IMG/VR virus record: IMGVR_UViG_3300028608_000006
Location: 62,001 to 126,000 of that record
Strand: one strand, 5' to 3'
Length of the DNA stretch: 64,000 bases
Position numbers and translations under genes: made by a program. Each line of letters starts with the position of its first letter. Within the stretch, counting starts at the first letter, position 1. The notes beneath the pieces were generated by a model. It worked only from the letters and a program-made list of their open reading frames with translations. It did no database searches and had not been told where the DNA came from. Below are positions 54,414 through 63,760 of this stretch, one piece after another.

Positions 54414-54845
54414 TTACTTACCGAGGCTGTACGCTTCGTTGGTAAAGGTCAACTTACGACCTGCCCAATCAGACAACACTTGATTGCACGCGAGGATGTC
54501 GTATTGGTTAAAGTCGTAGGTCAAACTCATGTGCGGGATGTACCCATTATAAGGAGTTTGATAACCACAGGCTTTTAACCGCAAGTGTTCCTCTTGCAGA
54601 TCCTTACTGGTCAAGCGAAAGATCAAACCGTCACCCAATACTTCGATAGCCACAACATGCGCTTCGAAGATACGGGTAGGGTCCAGCTTGGCCAGAGGTT
54701 CTTTGACATCACGCTCATCATAGATCAACGTGCTGTGGAAGTCGTGTTTCGGGGATGGAGCGATCCCAGCGCCACTCAGGAGAGTAATCAGCTCTGCTTC
54801 GAAGTCACTGGTCAGATCAACCGAGATGTAGCTGTAATCGGCCAT
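54414..54845 (-). CDS. acb1: Acb1/T4 gp57B-like 2H phosphodiesterase (anti-CBASS candidate)
   Basis: FHSTLIY and YIPHMSLTY 2H motifs, with spacing and context matching T4 57B as recalled (HSTICYS / YTPHITLSY); GAGG RBS before ATG 54845. Confidence 0.75.
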   Translation of the reverse strand: MADYSYISVDLTSDFEAELITLLSGAGIAPSPKHDFHSTLIYDERDVKEPLAKLDPTRIFEAHVVAIEVLGDGLIFRLTSKDLQEEHLRLKACGYQTPYNGYIPHMSLTYDFNQYDILACNQVLSDWAGRKLTFTNEAYSLGK

Positions 54846-54852
54846 GGCTGCC

Positions 54853-55572
54853 TCAGGAAGGATTAGGGGTGTCCAATACAATCCCTTGGCGGTTGTCGAT
54901 GATGTCCAAACAACGGAACACAGCAAAGACGCCTTGGTGTTCGGTCGACAGACGGTTCGCTTCTTCGAATGCCAGCGCCTTGGTCTGGTGACGGAACGGT
55001 ACATTGTGGAAATTCACCGCACCAGTCGGACCTACCTTGGAGATCACGTAGCGTCCCAAGGTCTTCGCGTACTTCGGCTTATAGCTGTTGGTGCCGGCGA
55101 TGGTCAGTTTGTTGTGGTACATCTGGAAACCTTCCCAGCGCGCATTCACCCACTGCATGACGTACTTATCCCGCGAGTCACGGTCCAGCACCTTTGGATC
55201 AAACGAGCCTTCTTCAAACAGCAGGTTCTCAAACTCCTCCCGCAGCGAACATTCCTTACGATCGGGACGTGCGGCTACAGGAGGCATCCCCTGACCCTGT
55301 TGCAACTCACGGGTGGTGCGGCGGGTCAGGGGAATGGCCACGACGTAAGGATCCGTGTCGTTAGCCGGGGTGAAGACCATTACCTGAGCATCTTCTTTTA
55401 CGTTTGGACCAATGCGTTCGTGCAGGACTTCTACCGCTTCTAGCAGGGCGGCTTCAACGTTAGGTTGCCCCAACTCTACGGTGCGCTTGTTTACCCATGC
55501 TTGATCAATTGCGCGCAGCGAGAGTGGTTCGGTGGACAAGAAATCCACCGGAGTCAGTTCTTGAACAGTCAT
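54853..55572 (-). CDS. Hypothetical protein
   Basis: 239 aa; C-terminal RHQTKALAFEEANRL...FAVF. Confidence 0.8.
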   Translation of the reverse strand: MTVQELTPVDFLSTEPLSLRAIDQAWVNKRTVELGQPNVEAALLEAVEVLHERIGPNVKEDAQVMVFTPANDTDPYVVAIPLTRRTTRELQQGQGMPPVAARPDRKECSLREEFENLLFEEGSFDPKVLDRDSRDKYVMQWVNARWEGFQMYHNKLTIAGTNSYKPKYAKTLGRYVISKVGPTGAVNFHNVPFRHQTKALAFEEANRLSTEHQGVFAVFRCLDIIDNRQGIVLDTPNPS

Positions 55573-55592
55573 TGCTTATTCTTTCCTTGAGT

Positions 55593-56060
55593 TTATTCGT
55601 GGCTACCAGGCACATCGAAGTTTGGCAGTCCTGGAAGATCACCGTCCAGAATCTCGGAAACCCAGCGCCCGCCAGCCATTTCGATCGCGCGCCAATCAGC
55701 AGTACCGCCGATTTGTTTGGCGTATTCGTTCAGCAGACGAGGATGGTAGTTGTGGTCGCCCATGAGGCAATGGCCGAGACGATCAGCGATTCTGGAAAGG
55801 TCATCGTGATCAGCACCTTCTACCCGACCATCCGGGTGCAGGACTTGGACCCCGTACCACTTGCAATAGTTTTCCATCGTCACAATGGGTTTGCCGAAAG
55901 TAGACGGCGACTGGCACAGCAGTGGAATACCACGTTGGCTTACGTAGACCTTTGTCTTCGGTTGCCCCGGAACCGAGACCCACTGGATGATGTGTGGGTC
56001 ACTCTCTTTATTTCGCCCCGGAACTTCTGTGGGTGCTTCTGGTTGAATTTCGTTCGCCAT
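55593..56060 (-). CDS. Hypothetical protein
   Basis: AGGGGAG RBS. Confidence 0.75.
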   Translation of the reverse strand: MANEIQPEAPTEVPGRNKESDPHIIQWVSVPGQPKTKVYVSQRGIPLLCQSPSTFGKPIVTMENYCKWYGVQVLHPDGRVEGADHDDLSRIADRLGHCLMGDHNYHPRLLNEYAKQIGGTADWRAIEMAGGRWVSEILDGDLPGLPNFDVPGSHE

Positions 56061-56338
56061 CTTTGTTTCTCCCCTGAAGAAGGTTGTTTAGGTCCAAATA
56101 TCTTGTCGTGGAATTTCATCGAAGCCACCATACCGAACGCAGCCCCACAACCCGCACTTATCCCAATGGTCCAATCTCCCTTAACTACTAGGGTAATGGC
56201 GGCTACGTCAAATGCCGCCATTAAGAACGATGTGAAAAACACAGAGCGGGTGTGGTTACCAATCACGTTCTTGTACTGGAACCCTTTTAGAAATACCGCG
56301 CAGAACGAAGAGGCAAGGCTGAGTCCGTATAGCAGCAT
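55940..56338 (-). CDS. Membrane protein (about three TMs)
   Basis: Hydrophobic N-terminal 85 aa; TGATG coupling to rnhA; 3' end overlaps the next gene by 121 nt. Confidence 0.65.
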   Translation of the reverse strand: MLLYGLSLASSFCAVFLKGFQYKNVIGNHTRSVFFTSFLMAAFDVAAITLVVKGDWTIGISAGCGAAFGMVASMKFHDKIFGPKQPSSGEKQRWRTKFNQKHPQKFRGEIKRVTHTSSSGSRFRGNRRQRST

Positions 56339-56823
56339 CAGCTTAGTCCACTGTATTCGGTGTCATGGGTGGTAGGAGCAGCTGCCGCGTCTTTGGCAAT
56401 CTGGTCGGCCAGTTCGTTATCAGGGATACCGGAGTGAGCCTTGACCTTGAAGAACTTAACCTTGTTCGTCCTGAGCAACTCGTTCAGGATAATCCACAGG
56501 TCTTTGTTCTTGACCATATTGCCATCACGTGTTAGCCAATCGTTGCGGTACCAATTGCGGACCCACTTAGTAGATCCGTCAATCGTGTACTGTGAGTCGG
56601 TATAGATGTTGATCTTTGCATTCGGGCCGAATTCTTCCAATGTGGCGATCACGGCCATGATCTCCATACGGTTGTTGGTGGTTAAGAAATAACCCTTGGC
56701 GAGTGTGACCATCTGGTCTCCGCATCGCACCACAGCACCGTAACCGCCCGGGCCGGGATTGCCGAGTGCACTCCCGTCCGTATAGGCTTCGTAAACAATT
56801 GGAGCCTTTTTAGCTTTTGCCAT
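56338..56823 (-). CDS. rnhA: Ribonuclease HI
   Basis: YTDGSALGNPGPGGYG, TTNNRMEIMA, YTDSQY, KNKDLW, VKAHSG...NELADQIA. Confidence 0.97.
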   Translation of the reverse strand: MAKAKKAPIVYEAYTDGSALGNPGPGGYGAVVRCGDQMVTLAKGYFLTTNNRMEIMAVIATLEEFGPNAKINIYTDSQYTIDGSTKWVRNWYRNDWLTRDGNMVKNKDLWIILNELLRTNKVKFFKVKAHSGIPDNELADQIAKDAAAAPTTHDTEYSGLS

Positions 56824-56826
56824 TAC

Positions 56827-57765
56827 CTACACCGTGTTTTGTTCCTGTTTAGCTTCCATCATTTCAATCACCTTGACCCTCGACTTCACAGAGTCAATGA
56901 GATGTTCGACAGCCGCTTCGATCATGGGAACTTCCCAGAACTTGGTTTGTTTGAGCAGACGTTCAGAAAGCTCTGGATCCGCTACGTCAAGCTCCCAATG
57001 AGAGCCACTAATGGCGACCATATAAGAACCCTTTGCAGCACGATAAAAGTTGAACCCGCCGTACTCGTTAAAGTCAATGCGGAAGTAGCCGAATGGGTTG
57101 TCGAAATTCAACGCCCCCGCGGTGTCGATTTCAACCCCACCCAGTGTGCAGCGGTTGATGCGGACAGGTCCTTCTGCTTCGATTTTACCGCCCTTCAGTT
57201 TAGTGCTGGACAGAGTGACGTCATCTTCGCCGCACAACCAAACCCCTTTAAGCTCGCTGGCAATGACTGTGACCAAACCCTTTGCTTTAATGACGGTGCC
57301 TTGGAGGGTTGAGGACTCGGTAACCATGATCCCCGACGGCGTTTCCGAATTCTTCACGGTGGAGTTCTGGATCAGCGCGTCCTTTACCCCGTACGTTGCG
57401 TGCGCGTCTTCGAACTCGCATTCGATCGTGCAGTTATCAAGGGTGCAGTTGTTGGTGGCGACATACTCCAAGACAACATACCCATGGAACACGTCATTGT
57501 TGCTGAAGGCGTTCTCGAGGGTGACAACCGCGAACGCTTCCAGAGGGGTCTTGGTGAACCCCGCCAAGTTCTGGTACAACGACGGATCGAAGTCCACCCG
57601 GGAGAAAGGATCCAAGTAGAAATGGATCTTGTCCTTGTCGTTGAGTTTGACCTCATAAAGACACCACGCACCGGGAGTGTCCTCCGTGATCATGGAAATC
57701 CCTGCTTTATCAGGAACTCGTTTTGTGCCGTTGATAAACAGACCTGTTTCTTCTACTTCACTCAT
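56827..57765 (-). CDS. Beta-solenoid repeat protein, tandem paralog 1 of 4
   Basis: ETGLFING, FYLDPFSRV, S/N/T/C-rich short repeats, C-terminal LIDSVKSRVKV. Confidence 0.85.
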   Translation of the reverse strand: MSEVEETGLFINGTKRVPDKAGISMITEDTPGAWCLYEVKLNDKDKIHFYLDPFSRVDFDPSLYQNLAGFTKTPLEAFAVVTLENAFSNNDVFHGYVVLEYVATNNCTLDNCTIECEFEDAHATYGVKDALIQNSTVKNSETPSGIMVTESSTLQGTVIKAKGLVTVIASELKGVWLCGEDDVTLSSTKLKGGKIEAEGPVRINRCTLGGVEIDTAGALNFDNPFGYFRIDFNEYGGFNFYRAAKGSYMVAISGSHWELDVADPELSERLLKQTKFWEVPMIEAAVEHLIDSVKSRVKVIEMMEAKQEQNTV

Positions 57766-57788
57766 ATTGACTCACCTCGGTGTGTTGA

Positions 57789-58796
57789 TTAGCAGACAGC
57801 GCTTAGACGCAGGTACTCTTGGTGACGATACCGCTCTATCGCCGTCATTACCTTGGTCCTAGACTCAATGCTGTCGTAGATGTATTGCAGGCAGCTTTCT
57901 TCGCTACCCTGCCTACGGTCCCTGAGAACTTGTTGAAGCACGTCCTCAACATTGGGATTATCCACAAAGACAGAAAAACGATCACCCCGAATATCCGGAG
58001 CAATAGCCCACTTGCAACCACCGGTTTGGTAGACGTAGAACTTAACTTTCGGTAGCACCACTTCTAGGAAGTACATAGGTCCGGGTACATGGATGGATTC
58101 CCCAGTGATGCGAACCTTTGGCCAGTTAACACGCTGGATCGTTAACAACCCATGCATGTTAACATGGGTATTCCATGCGTAAACGTCCTCCAGCAGAATC
58201 TGTCCGTCTGTATTGAACTTGGAGAATTGCATATCACATTGATCAACCAGAACCGTGTTGTCAGTCCTAGAGATTACAGTGACATCCTGCAAGGTGCTCC
58301 CCATCACCACAGCATCTTTCGAGAATCGTCCGTCGATAACTTCTGACTCGAGCAGTTCTAGTCGGATGTAGATGTTAAACATCTTTTCATCTACATCCCT
58401 CAGAATAAGGATCGAGGCAGAAAGATGGGACTCTGCGATTATGACGTTAACGAGCGTGCATTCGCCCTCAAACGTACACCGCTGGCTAACGGTGTCTACA
58501 AAAACAGCCCGACAGTATTCGTTGTCGACTACATCCTTATCCAGATCTTTCTGGAGCGTCAGGAAACGTTCACTGTCGATTTCAACACAAGACTCAGGAC
58601 ACAAGTAGAATTCGAGATTGAACTTCCCCACAGGAATGCTGTAGTAGTCCAGAACAATATCTGGATCCACTACGCCCAATTCAAAGGCGGCGGGTTTCCC
58701 CGCGCCTACGGCAACCTGCTTCACGCCGTCGAGAAACAGCCCAGGGGGGCACTTCTCTTTAGCAGGTCTTAATCCAAGCTCTTCCAGCAAACTCAT
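57789..58796 (-). CDS. Beta-solenoid repeat protein, tandem paralog 2 of 4
   Basis: GLFLDG, FYLCPESCV, IYDSIESRTKV. Confidence 0.85.
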   Translation of the reverse strand: MSLLEELGLRPAKEKCPPGLFLDGVKQVAVGAGKPAAFELGVVDPDIVLDYYSIPVGKFNLEFYLCPESCVEIDSERFLTLQKDLDKDVVDNEYCRAVFVDTVSQRCTFEGECTLVNVIIAESHLSASILILRDVDEKMFNIYIRLELLESEVIDGRFSKDAVVMGSTLQDVTVISRTDNTVLVDQCDMQFSKFNTDGQILLEDVYAWNTHVNMHGLLTIQRVNWPKVRITGESIHVPGPMYFLEVVLPKVKFYVYQTGGCKWAIAPDIRGDRFSVFVDNPNVEDVLQQVLRDRRQGSEESCLQYIYDSIESRTKVMTAIERYRHQEYLRLSAVC

Positions 58797-59731
58797 ATTG
58801 GATCTCCTAAAGTTTTCTCAAACTCAGCCCACAACGCTTGAATGAGATTACGACGTGAACGGATCGAGTCCATCACGTACTTGACTGTATCGTCGGGTAG
58901 CAGCTGTTCGCAGTCCACCAAGAGTTCTTTCAGTTTCCCTCGGAACTCTGGATCGTCTACGTTCATATCGAAGCCACCGCCTTGACGGGTGATGGCAAAC
59001 GCCTCACTGCCGGTTTGGTAGCAGTACAACGTCAGGCTCGGGAAGTCGATGCTGAAGAAGTACAGACGATTCGGAATGTGGCAATCGTCAATCTTCATGT
59101 ACATCTCGTTCATACGGCTGTCACAGATGCGAACGAAGTTAATCGCGTGCACACTGGTCTCGTTGAACTTACAACCATTGAGGTACAACGTGCCTCTCGC
59201 CGAGAACGAAGAGTTCTTCAGCGTGGAGCCTTCAATCCACACGCCAGCAGCTTCTGTGATGACCGTGGAGTTGATTACCGATGAATTGAGGATCGTACTA
59301 CCGTCCGAGATCGTAGCGTTCTCCAAACGCGACCCAGAGACACTGAGGTTAACCAGCGGGTGCAATTCGGAGATCTTCAATGAGGATCTGGAGATGTCCG
59401 AGTTACTGACCTTGCAGTTATTGGTGACACTGTTGTACAGCGTGCAGTTTCCAGTGAATGCATCCCGGTAGCTGCTGCTGTTCCTCACAATCACCCAAGC
59501 GTGGTTATCATCGTCATTCTCTTCATCAATATCGAGGTCGAGATAGTGCGACGAATCAATCTTCACCACGGACATGTGATCAAGGAAGAAGTGAACAGTG
59601 AGGATCCCCACCACTACCCGGTACTGACTGAACTCGCCGTCGCCAGCGTCTTCGTCAATCGACGGATTAGTGTTAGTACGGACGGGGTCCAACTTGTGAC
59701 CATCCAAGAACAAACCGGTTTCATGCTTCAT
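58793..59731 (-). CDS. Beta-solenoid repeat protein, tandem paralog 3 of 4
   Basis: ETGLFLDG, FFLDHMSVV, VMDSIRSRRNL. Confidence 0.85.
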   Translation of the reverse strand: MKHETGLFLDGHKLDPVRTNTNPSIDEDAGDGEFSQYRVVVGILTVHFFLDHMSVVKIDSSHYLDLDIDEENDDDNHAWVIVRNSSSYRDAFTGNCTLYNSVTNNCKVSNSDISRSSLKISELHPLVNLSVSGSRLENATISDGSTILNSSVINSTVITEAAGVWIEGSTLKNSSFSARGTLYLNGCKFNETSVHAINFVRICDSRMNEMYMKIDDCHIPNRLYFFSIDFPSLTLYCYQTGSEAFAITRQGGGFDMNVDDPEFRGKLKELLVDCEQLLPDDTVKYVMDSIRSRRNLIQALWAEFEKTLGDPI

Positions 59732-59791
59732 CTTTTAGCTCCTAAGCAAAACATAATCCACCGGAGTTTCCCCCGGTGGATTAGCGTTCAG

Positions 59792-61291
59792 TTAGACTGC
59801 GTAGATGTCGTCCCAAGGCCTTGTGCGGTCACCAACTTCGCGGACAAGCTGTTTAGCTTCATCCAACAGGCGAACGACTTTCAAACGAGACGTGATCGAG
59901 TCAGTCAAGTAACTGGCAACGCTACGGGAAAGGGAAGTAGGTTGAGTGTAGAAACCTTCCGGGTCCAAAGACAACTGGCAGGCTACAACTTTTTCGATTT
60001 CTTCCTTCGGTGCATCCAGGCGTAGACGCTCCATGTTGTGCAGGTTCACGCCGAGATCGAAGTCACGACGGGTGGCACGAACCATGTACATTTTGTGCTG
60101 CGGGGTATCAATCTCCAGGTAGCAGAACTTGTTGGGGATGTAGATCGAGTTGGCCTTGATGTGAGCGCCAGTAAAGCGGGAGTACTTCAACAACAGTTCG
60201 CCTTCGCTGTTCACGCCGCACTTGGTCAGGTGGTTGCCCTTCAGTGTAACTCGAGTACCACGGATGTGGCAGTCGAAGATCTGGCAAGTGCCGACCTGAA
60301 CGTAGCCAGCGCTGCTGATCTGGCTGTCGTGAACCTGCGAATCACGGTACTCGCCCTTACTGATCGAGGAGTTGAAAACCGAGGTACGCTTGAACAGACA
60401 TTCCCGTACATTGAAGCGTTCTTTCACTTCTTTGCTAACCGGTGTCGGCTCGTCGCTCATGTGACCGAAACCACGCGGGTAGTTCGGATCATGTTCCTTG
60501 GTGCACGCCAACACGGCGTTGTTCAACAGGTTGTAAGCCGACTCGGTATTGATGAGGGTCGACTCACCCAGCACGATGTCGTCATTACTGGACGAGTTGA
60601 TCAGCACCAGCACGCCACGGTTGGGAACGTTCTGACGACGGTGGTAGTCCAAACGAGCATCACCGCCACCCACACTGACAGTGGAGTTGCTGTCCAGCAG
60701 GTAATACGCTTCCACATCACCAGCACGCAAACGATACAGAGAGAACACCTTGTCCGTGTACAGCTGGGAGATCGGGTGCGGCAGGTAGAACGGAGTTTCC
60801 AGGTGCTGGCTGCGGATACGGTTGTAGTCGACTTTCAACCCGGTTTCAATCGGATCTTGCAACACGCCTTCGTACATGAAGGTACCCTGAGCCTGAACCC
60901 GCATGACCGCATCAGCTACGGCTTCGGAGATCAGGCTATCCGGATCACGACCAGCCGCTTTCAACACACGCTCGGCGTTCTTGATCTGACGATCAGTTGG
61001 TGCTTCTTCGACCACCACATGTTCGAACACAGGAGAGAAGCCCAGCCCCTTGGACGGCTTGTGGTAATCGACGATCGGTGGTTGAGGCTCATCGACAATC
61101 AGCGCGAGATTGCGCTTCTTCTTTTCAGCGACGATTTCTGGCAGGGTCACGTAGCTGGTATCGCCCGCTGCCTTCTTCTGAGCATCGAGATCTTTGACAA
61201 TCTCAACGGTTTCATTCACAAGTTCCCCGACAATACCCTCGGGAGACTGAGTATCTTCCTTGATCTTTACAACTTTGTCCGTCTTACTCAT
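59792..61291 (-). CDS. Beta-solenoid repeat protein with an N-terminal extension, tandem paralog 4 of 4
   Basis: ETGLKVD, YLLDSNSTV, LTDSITSRLKV. Confidence 0.85.
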   Translation of the reverse strand: MSKTDKVVKIKEDTQSPEGIVGELVNETVEIVKDLDAQKKAAGDTSYVTLPEIVAEKKKRNLALIVDEPQPPIVDYHKPSKGLGFSPVFEHVVVEEAPTDRQIKNAERVLKAAGRDPDSLISEAVADAVMRVQAQGTFMYEGVLQDPIETGLKVDYNRIRSQHLETPFYLPHPISQLYTDKVFSLYRLRAGDVEAYYLLDSNSTVSVGGGDARLDYHRRQNVPNRGVLVLINSSSNDDIVLGESTLINTESAYNLLNNAVLACTKEHDPNYPRGFGHMSDEPTPVSKEVKERFNVRECLFKRTSVFNSSISKGEYRDSQVHDSQISSAGYVQVGTCQIFDCHIRGTRVTLKGNHLTKCGVNSEGELLLKYSRFTGAHIKANSIYIPNKFCYLEIDTPQHKMYMVRATRRDFDLGVNLHNMERLRLDAPKEEIEKVVACQLSLDPEGFYTQPTSLSRSVASYLTDSITSRLKVVRLLDEAKQLVREVGDRTRPWDDIYAV

Positions 61292-63252
61292 AGTGGGGCT
61301 CCAGCTTTGATCTGTTGAATGAGTGCGTCGATGCTCGTGGCAGCGGTTGCGTTAATCCTAGGAATATCTTGTTCAGTAGCTTTTAGTATCTTGCTCTGAC
61401 CAGGCTTCTCCCCAATGAGGAGGTAGTTACAATCCTTGGTGAGTTTATCCACCAGCTCAATACCATGATCCCCGAAGTAGCTTTCCAGTTCTTCTCGGGT
61501 TTGACCGATCGTACCTGTGATGCACACCTTCAGTTCAGTGATAGGGCCTTCCGGTTCAGTCCGCACAACGATGTTCTGCAACATGCGTTCGGCGTTTTCT
61601 TTGAACTCTTCACTTTCAAAGCTCAAAGCAATCGGAATCGACAACCCCGCAGAGAACCCAGGAATCTTGATCAGTTCGTCGGCATTACCCAACCACTGAA
61701 GTAAGTTCACATTCCCCGGCCATGCAGCAGCCAGCTTCTTGGCACGTGTCAGATCAACGCCCGGCAGACCCAGCGCCTTAATGACACGGGACAGTGGTTG
61801 ACCCTTACGCACTTCCTGAATGCGGTTGTAGATCTTCTCACCCACTACGCGTTCGTTTAGAAGAAGGATGTCCACCGGTGCCTTGATGTAACCCTGTTCA
61901 ACCAGCTCAGCGATGGTCACAGGACCCAGATCGTCGATATCCAGCGTGCGTTTGTGCGCAAGGTTCACGCAACGTAGCACAAGCTGTGCAGGACAGTCTG
62001 TGACGTTCGTACAGATGAGATCGGCGCTCTGCTTGGTGATACGCTTCTCCAGCGGCATCATGCAGCTAGGGCACTCCTCAGGTGCTTTGAAGAGCTCGGC
62101 TTCACCATGCTCGATCACACGATTCAGACGAGGAATCACGTCACCGTTACGGGTAACACCGATGACAGAACCTTTACGCAGCTCCAAAGCAAGGAACTGT
62201 TTATAGTTGTCCAGCAGCGTACGAGAACAGATCACCCCGCCGATACGAGTAGGGGTATAGATCCCCACCGGCACCACACGACCAGTGCGAGTTGTGTTCC
62301 ACTCGATATCGGTCAGACTGGTTGCCACTTCCACATCTGGATACTTGTACGCCAGCGCCCAGTTCGGGTACTTGTTGGTGACCCCCAGTTGATCTTGCAA
62401 GTCAAAGTTATCGACCTTGATCACAATACCGTCAGCAGGCCAGTCCTTGCTGTTGATGTTCTCCCGGATAGCTTCTAGAGACGCCACAGGTGCGCAGTGG
62501 AAGCCGAGCAGGGTCAGGTGGTTACGCAGTTGACTGTACTTCTGGAAACCCAGTCGACTGCTGCACGAGTAAGCGCCAAATCGCAGAAGACCTTTCACCG
62601 CCGGGTTCTGGTTCTCCGGCAGAGCACGCACCCAACCACTGACTGCGTTACGAGGGGTAGCAGCTTGTTTAACCGCCGTCTCGTTGTACAGTTCAAACTC
62701 GTGGTTGGCAATGTGACCTTCACCTCGGATAGAGATGGTGCCTGGCACAGGCACGTTGTGCAGGTCGGTTAACACCGTTGGGATATTCAGGCCAAACAAT
62801 GGCAGAGCATGAGTCACATCCTCACCCACCAGACCCGAACCCCGGGTAACCATGGAAACCAGTGGTCCATCCACGTAAGTCAGTTCCAGCGCCAGCCCGT
62901 CCAACTTAAGTTCATAGAAGAACTCAGTGTCTTCCGGAAACCGTGCGAGGAACTTATCAACCGCTTCTTGGTTCAGCCCTTTCTTCAGGCTGAGCATTGG
63001 CGAGTCAAAGGTCACCGCTTTCAAGCCTTCATTAGTAGGCTCGTGGATCGGCACAGGTTTGCGGGCAGTCTCGAACAACTCGGCAACTTCCGGGTGTTCT
63101 TCGGCCAACTCTTCGAAACGTTCTACCAGTTTGTCGTAGGCGTAATCGGGGATCTCCGAGGTGTCCTTGTTGAAATACAGATCCGCGTGGTACATGATGT
63201 CACGATTGAGATCGTTCATCTCGGCGAAGATTGTTTTGTGTTTTGCTTTCAT
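61288..63252 (-). CDS. ligA: NAD+-dependent DNA ligase
   Basis: N-terminal YF...EIPDYAYD, MLSL, ELKLDG (adenylation Lys), TRGSGLVGEDVT, PRNAVSG, DGIVIK, C4 Zn finger, HhH, C-terminal BRCT (CITG...GEKPGQSKILKA). Start set at MKAKHK. Confidence 0.97.
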   Translation of the reverse strand: MKAKHKTIFAEMNDLNRDIMYHADLYFNKDTSEIPDYAYDKLVERFEELAEEHPEVAELFETARKPVPIHEPTNEGLKAVTFDSPMLSLKKGLNQEAVDKFLARFPEDTEFFYELKLDGLALELTYVDGPLVSMVTRGSGLVGEDVTHALPLFGLNIPTVLTDLHNVPVPGTISIRGEGHIANHEFELYNETAVKQAATPRNAVSGWVRALPENQNPAVKGLLRFGAYSCSSRLGFQKYSQLRNHLTLLGFHCAPVASLEAIRENINSKDWPADGIVIKVDNFDLQDQLGVTNKYPNWALAYKYPDVEVATSLTDIEWNTTRTGRVVPVGIYTPTRIGGVICSRTLLDNYKQFLALELRKGSVIGVTRNGDVIPRLNRVIEHGEAELFKAPEECPSCMMPLEKRITKQSADLICTNVTDCPAQLVLRCVNLAHKRTLDIDDLGPVTIAELVEQGYIKAPVDILLLNERVVGEKIYNRIQEVRKGQPLSRVIKALGLPGVDLTRAKKLAAAWPGNVNLLQWLGNADELIKIPGFSAGLSIPIALSFESEEFKENAERMLQNIVVRTEPEGPITELKVCITGTIGQTREELESYFGDHGIELVDKLTKDCNYLLIGEKPGQSKILKATEQDIPRINATAATSIDALIQQIKAGAPL

Positions 63253-63321
63253 CGAAAAAACCTGCAAGCATAAATAAGGGTATATAAGGAGCCTGAGGAT
63301 AGTCCCCAAGCTCCTTATACT

Positions 63322-63657
63322 TCAGTGCAGTGTACGTGTAGTCGGTGCGCTGATAAACGACTCAGCTGACCCGATGATTCCACCCACCGTAATAACAGTA
63401 GGTCGGTCGAACATCAGGTGTAAATCTAAATGCCACAGGAAACTCCACATCACCGCTGTGTTGTTTGCTTCGTGTTCCATGATCTCAGCGGCGAAACGGT
63501 GTACGGTGGGATGCAACATCATGGACAGCTTCGGAGCCTCGCGAGCATGCCCCATGAGGACATCCATACAAGTCTTGTCAACTACCACTTCATCGGGTGT
63601 TAAATCGAACGCATGCAGAAAACTGCGGTACGTCCAAATCAATTGTTCTTTGTTCAT
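63322..63657 (-). CDS. Degenerate nucleotidyltransferase-like paralog (N-lobe only, GG and DxD lost)
   Basis: YRSFLHAFDLTPDEVVV...LMGHAR aligns with YFNFCSEIGLRPSEVVV...MLGLR of 52265; AAGGGG RBS before ATG 63657. Confidence 0.6.
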   Translation of the reverse strand: MNKEQLIWTYRSFLHAFDLTPDEVVVDKTCMDVLMGHAREAPKLSMMLHPTVHRFAAEIMEHEANNTAVMWSFLWHLDLHLMFDRPTVITVGGIIGSAESFISAPTTRTLH

Positions 63658-63760
63658 GCAGTCACCCCTTAGAAGGGTATCCGGTCTGTGGGCGGAGAGT
63701 TCCATTACGATGGTCAACCCAGTCATCAATAACGGTGTAATGGAACCCCACCCCAGAACC

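Noticed and set aside
54846-55004. N-terminal extension of the Acb1-like ORF given in the track
   Set aside because: It overlaps 54853-55572; the RBS and the homology both start at MADYSY (54845).
60038-61318. 426-aa plus-strand ORF
   Set aside because: Shadow of the fourth solenoid paralog.
63253-63309. Upstream start for the ligase
   Set aside because: The hydrophobic extension does not resemble LigA; MKAKHK (63252) fits the domain start better. The true start is not proven.
63689-63746. 10-bp inverted repeat GTTCCATTAC...GTAATGGAAC
   Set aside because: A single instance with a long loop. It contains ATTAC but not the full promoter core, so there is too little evidence to call a function.
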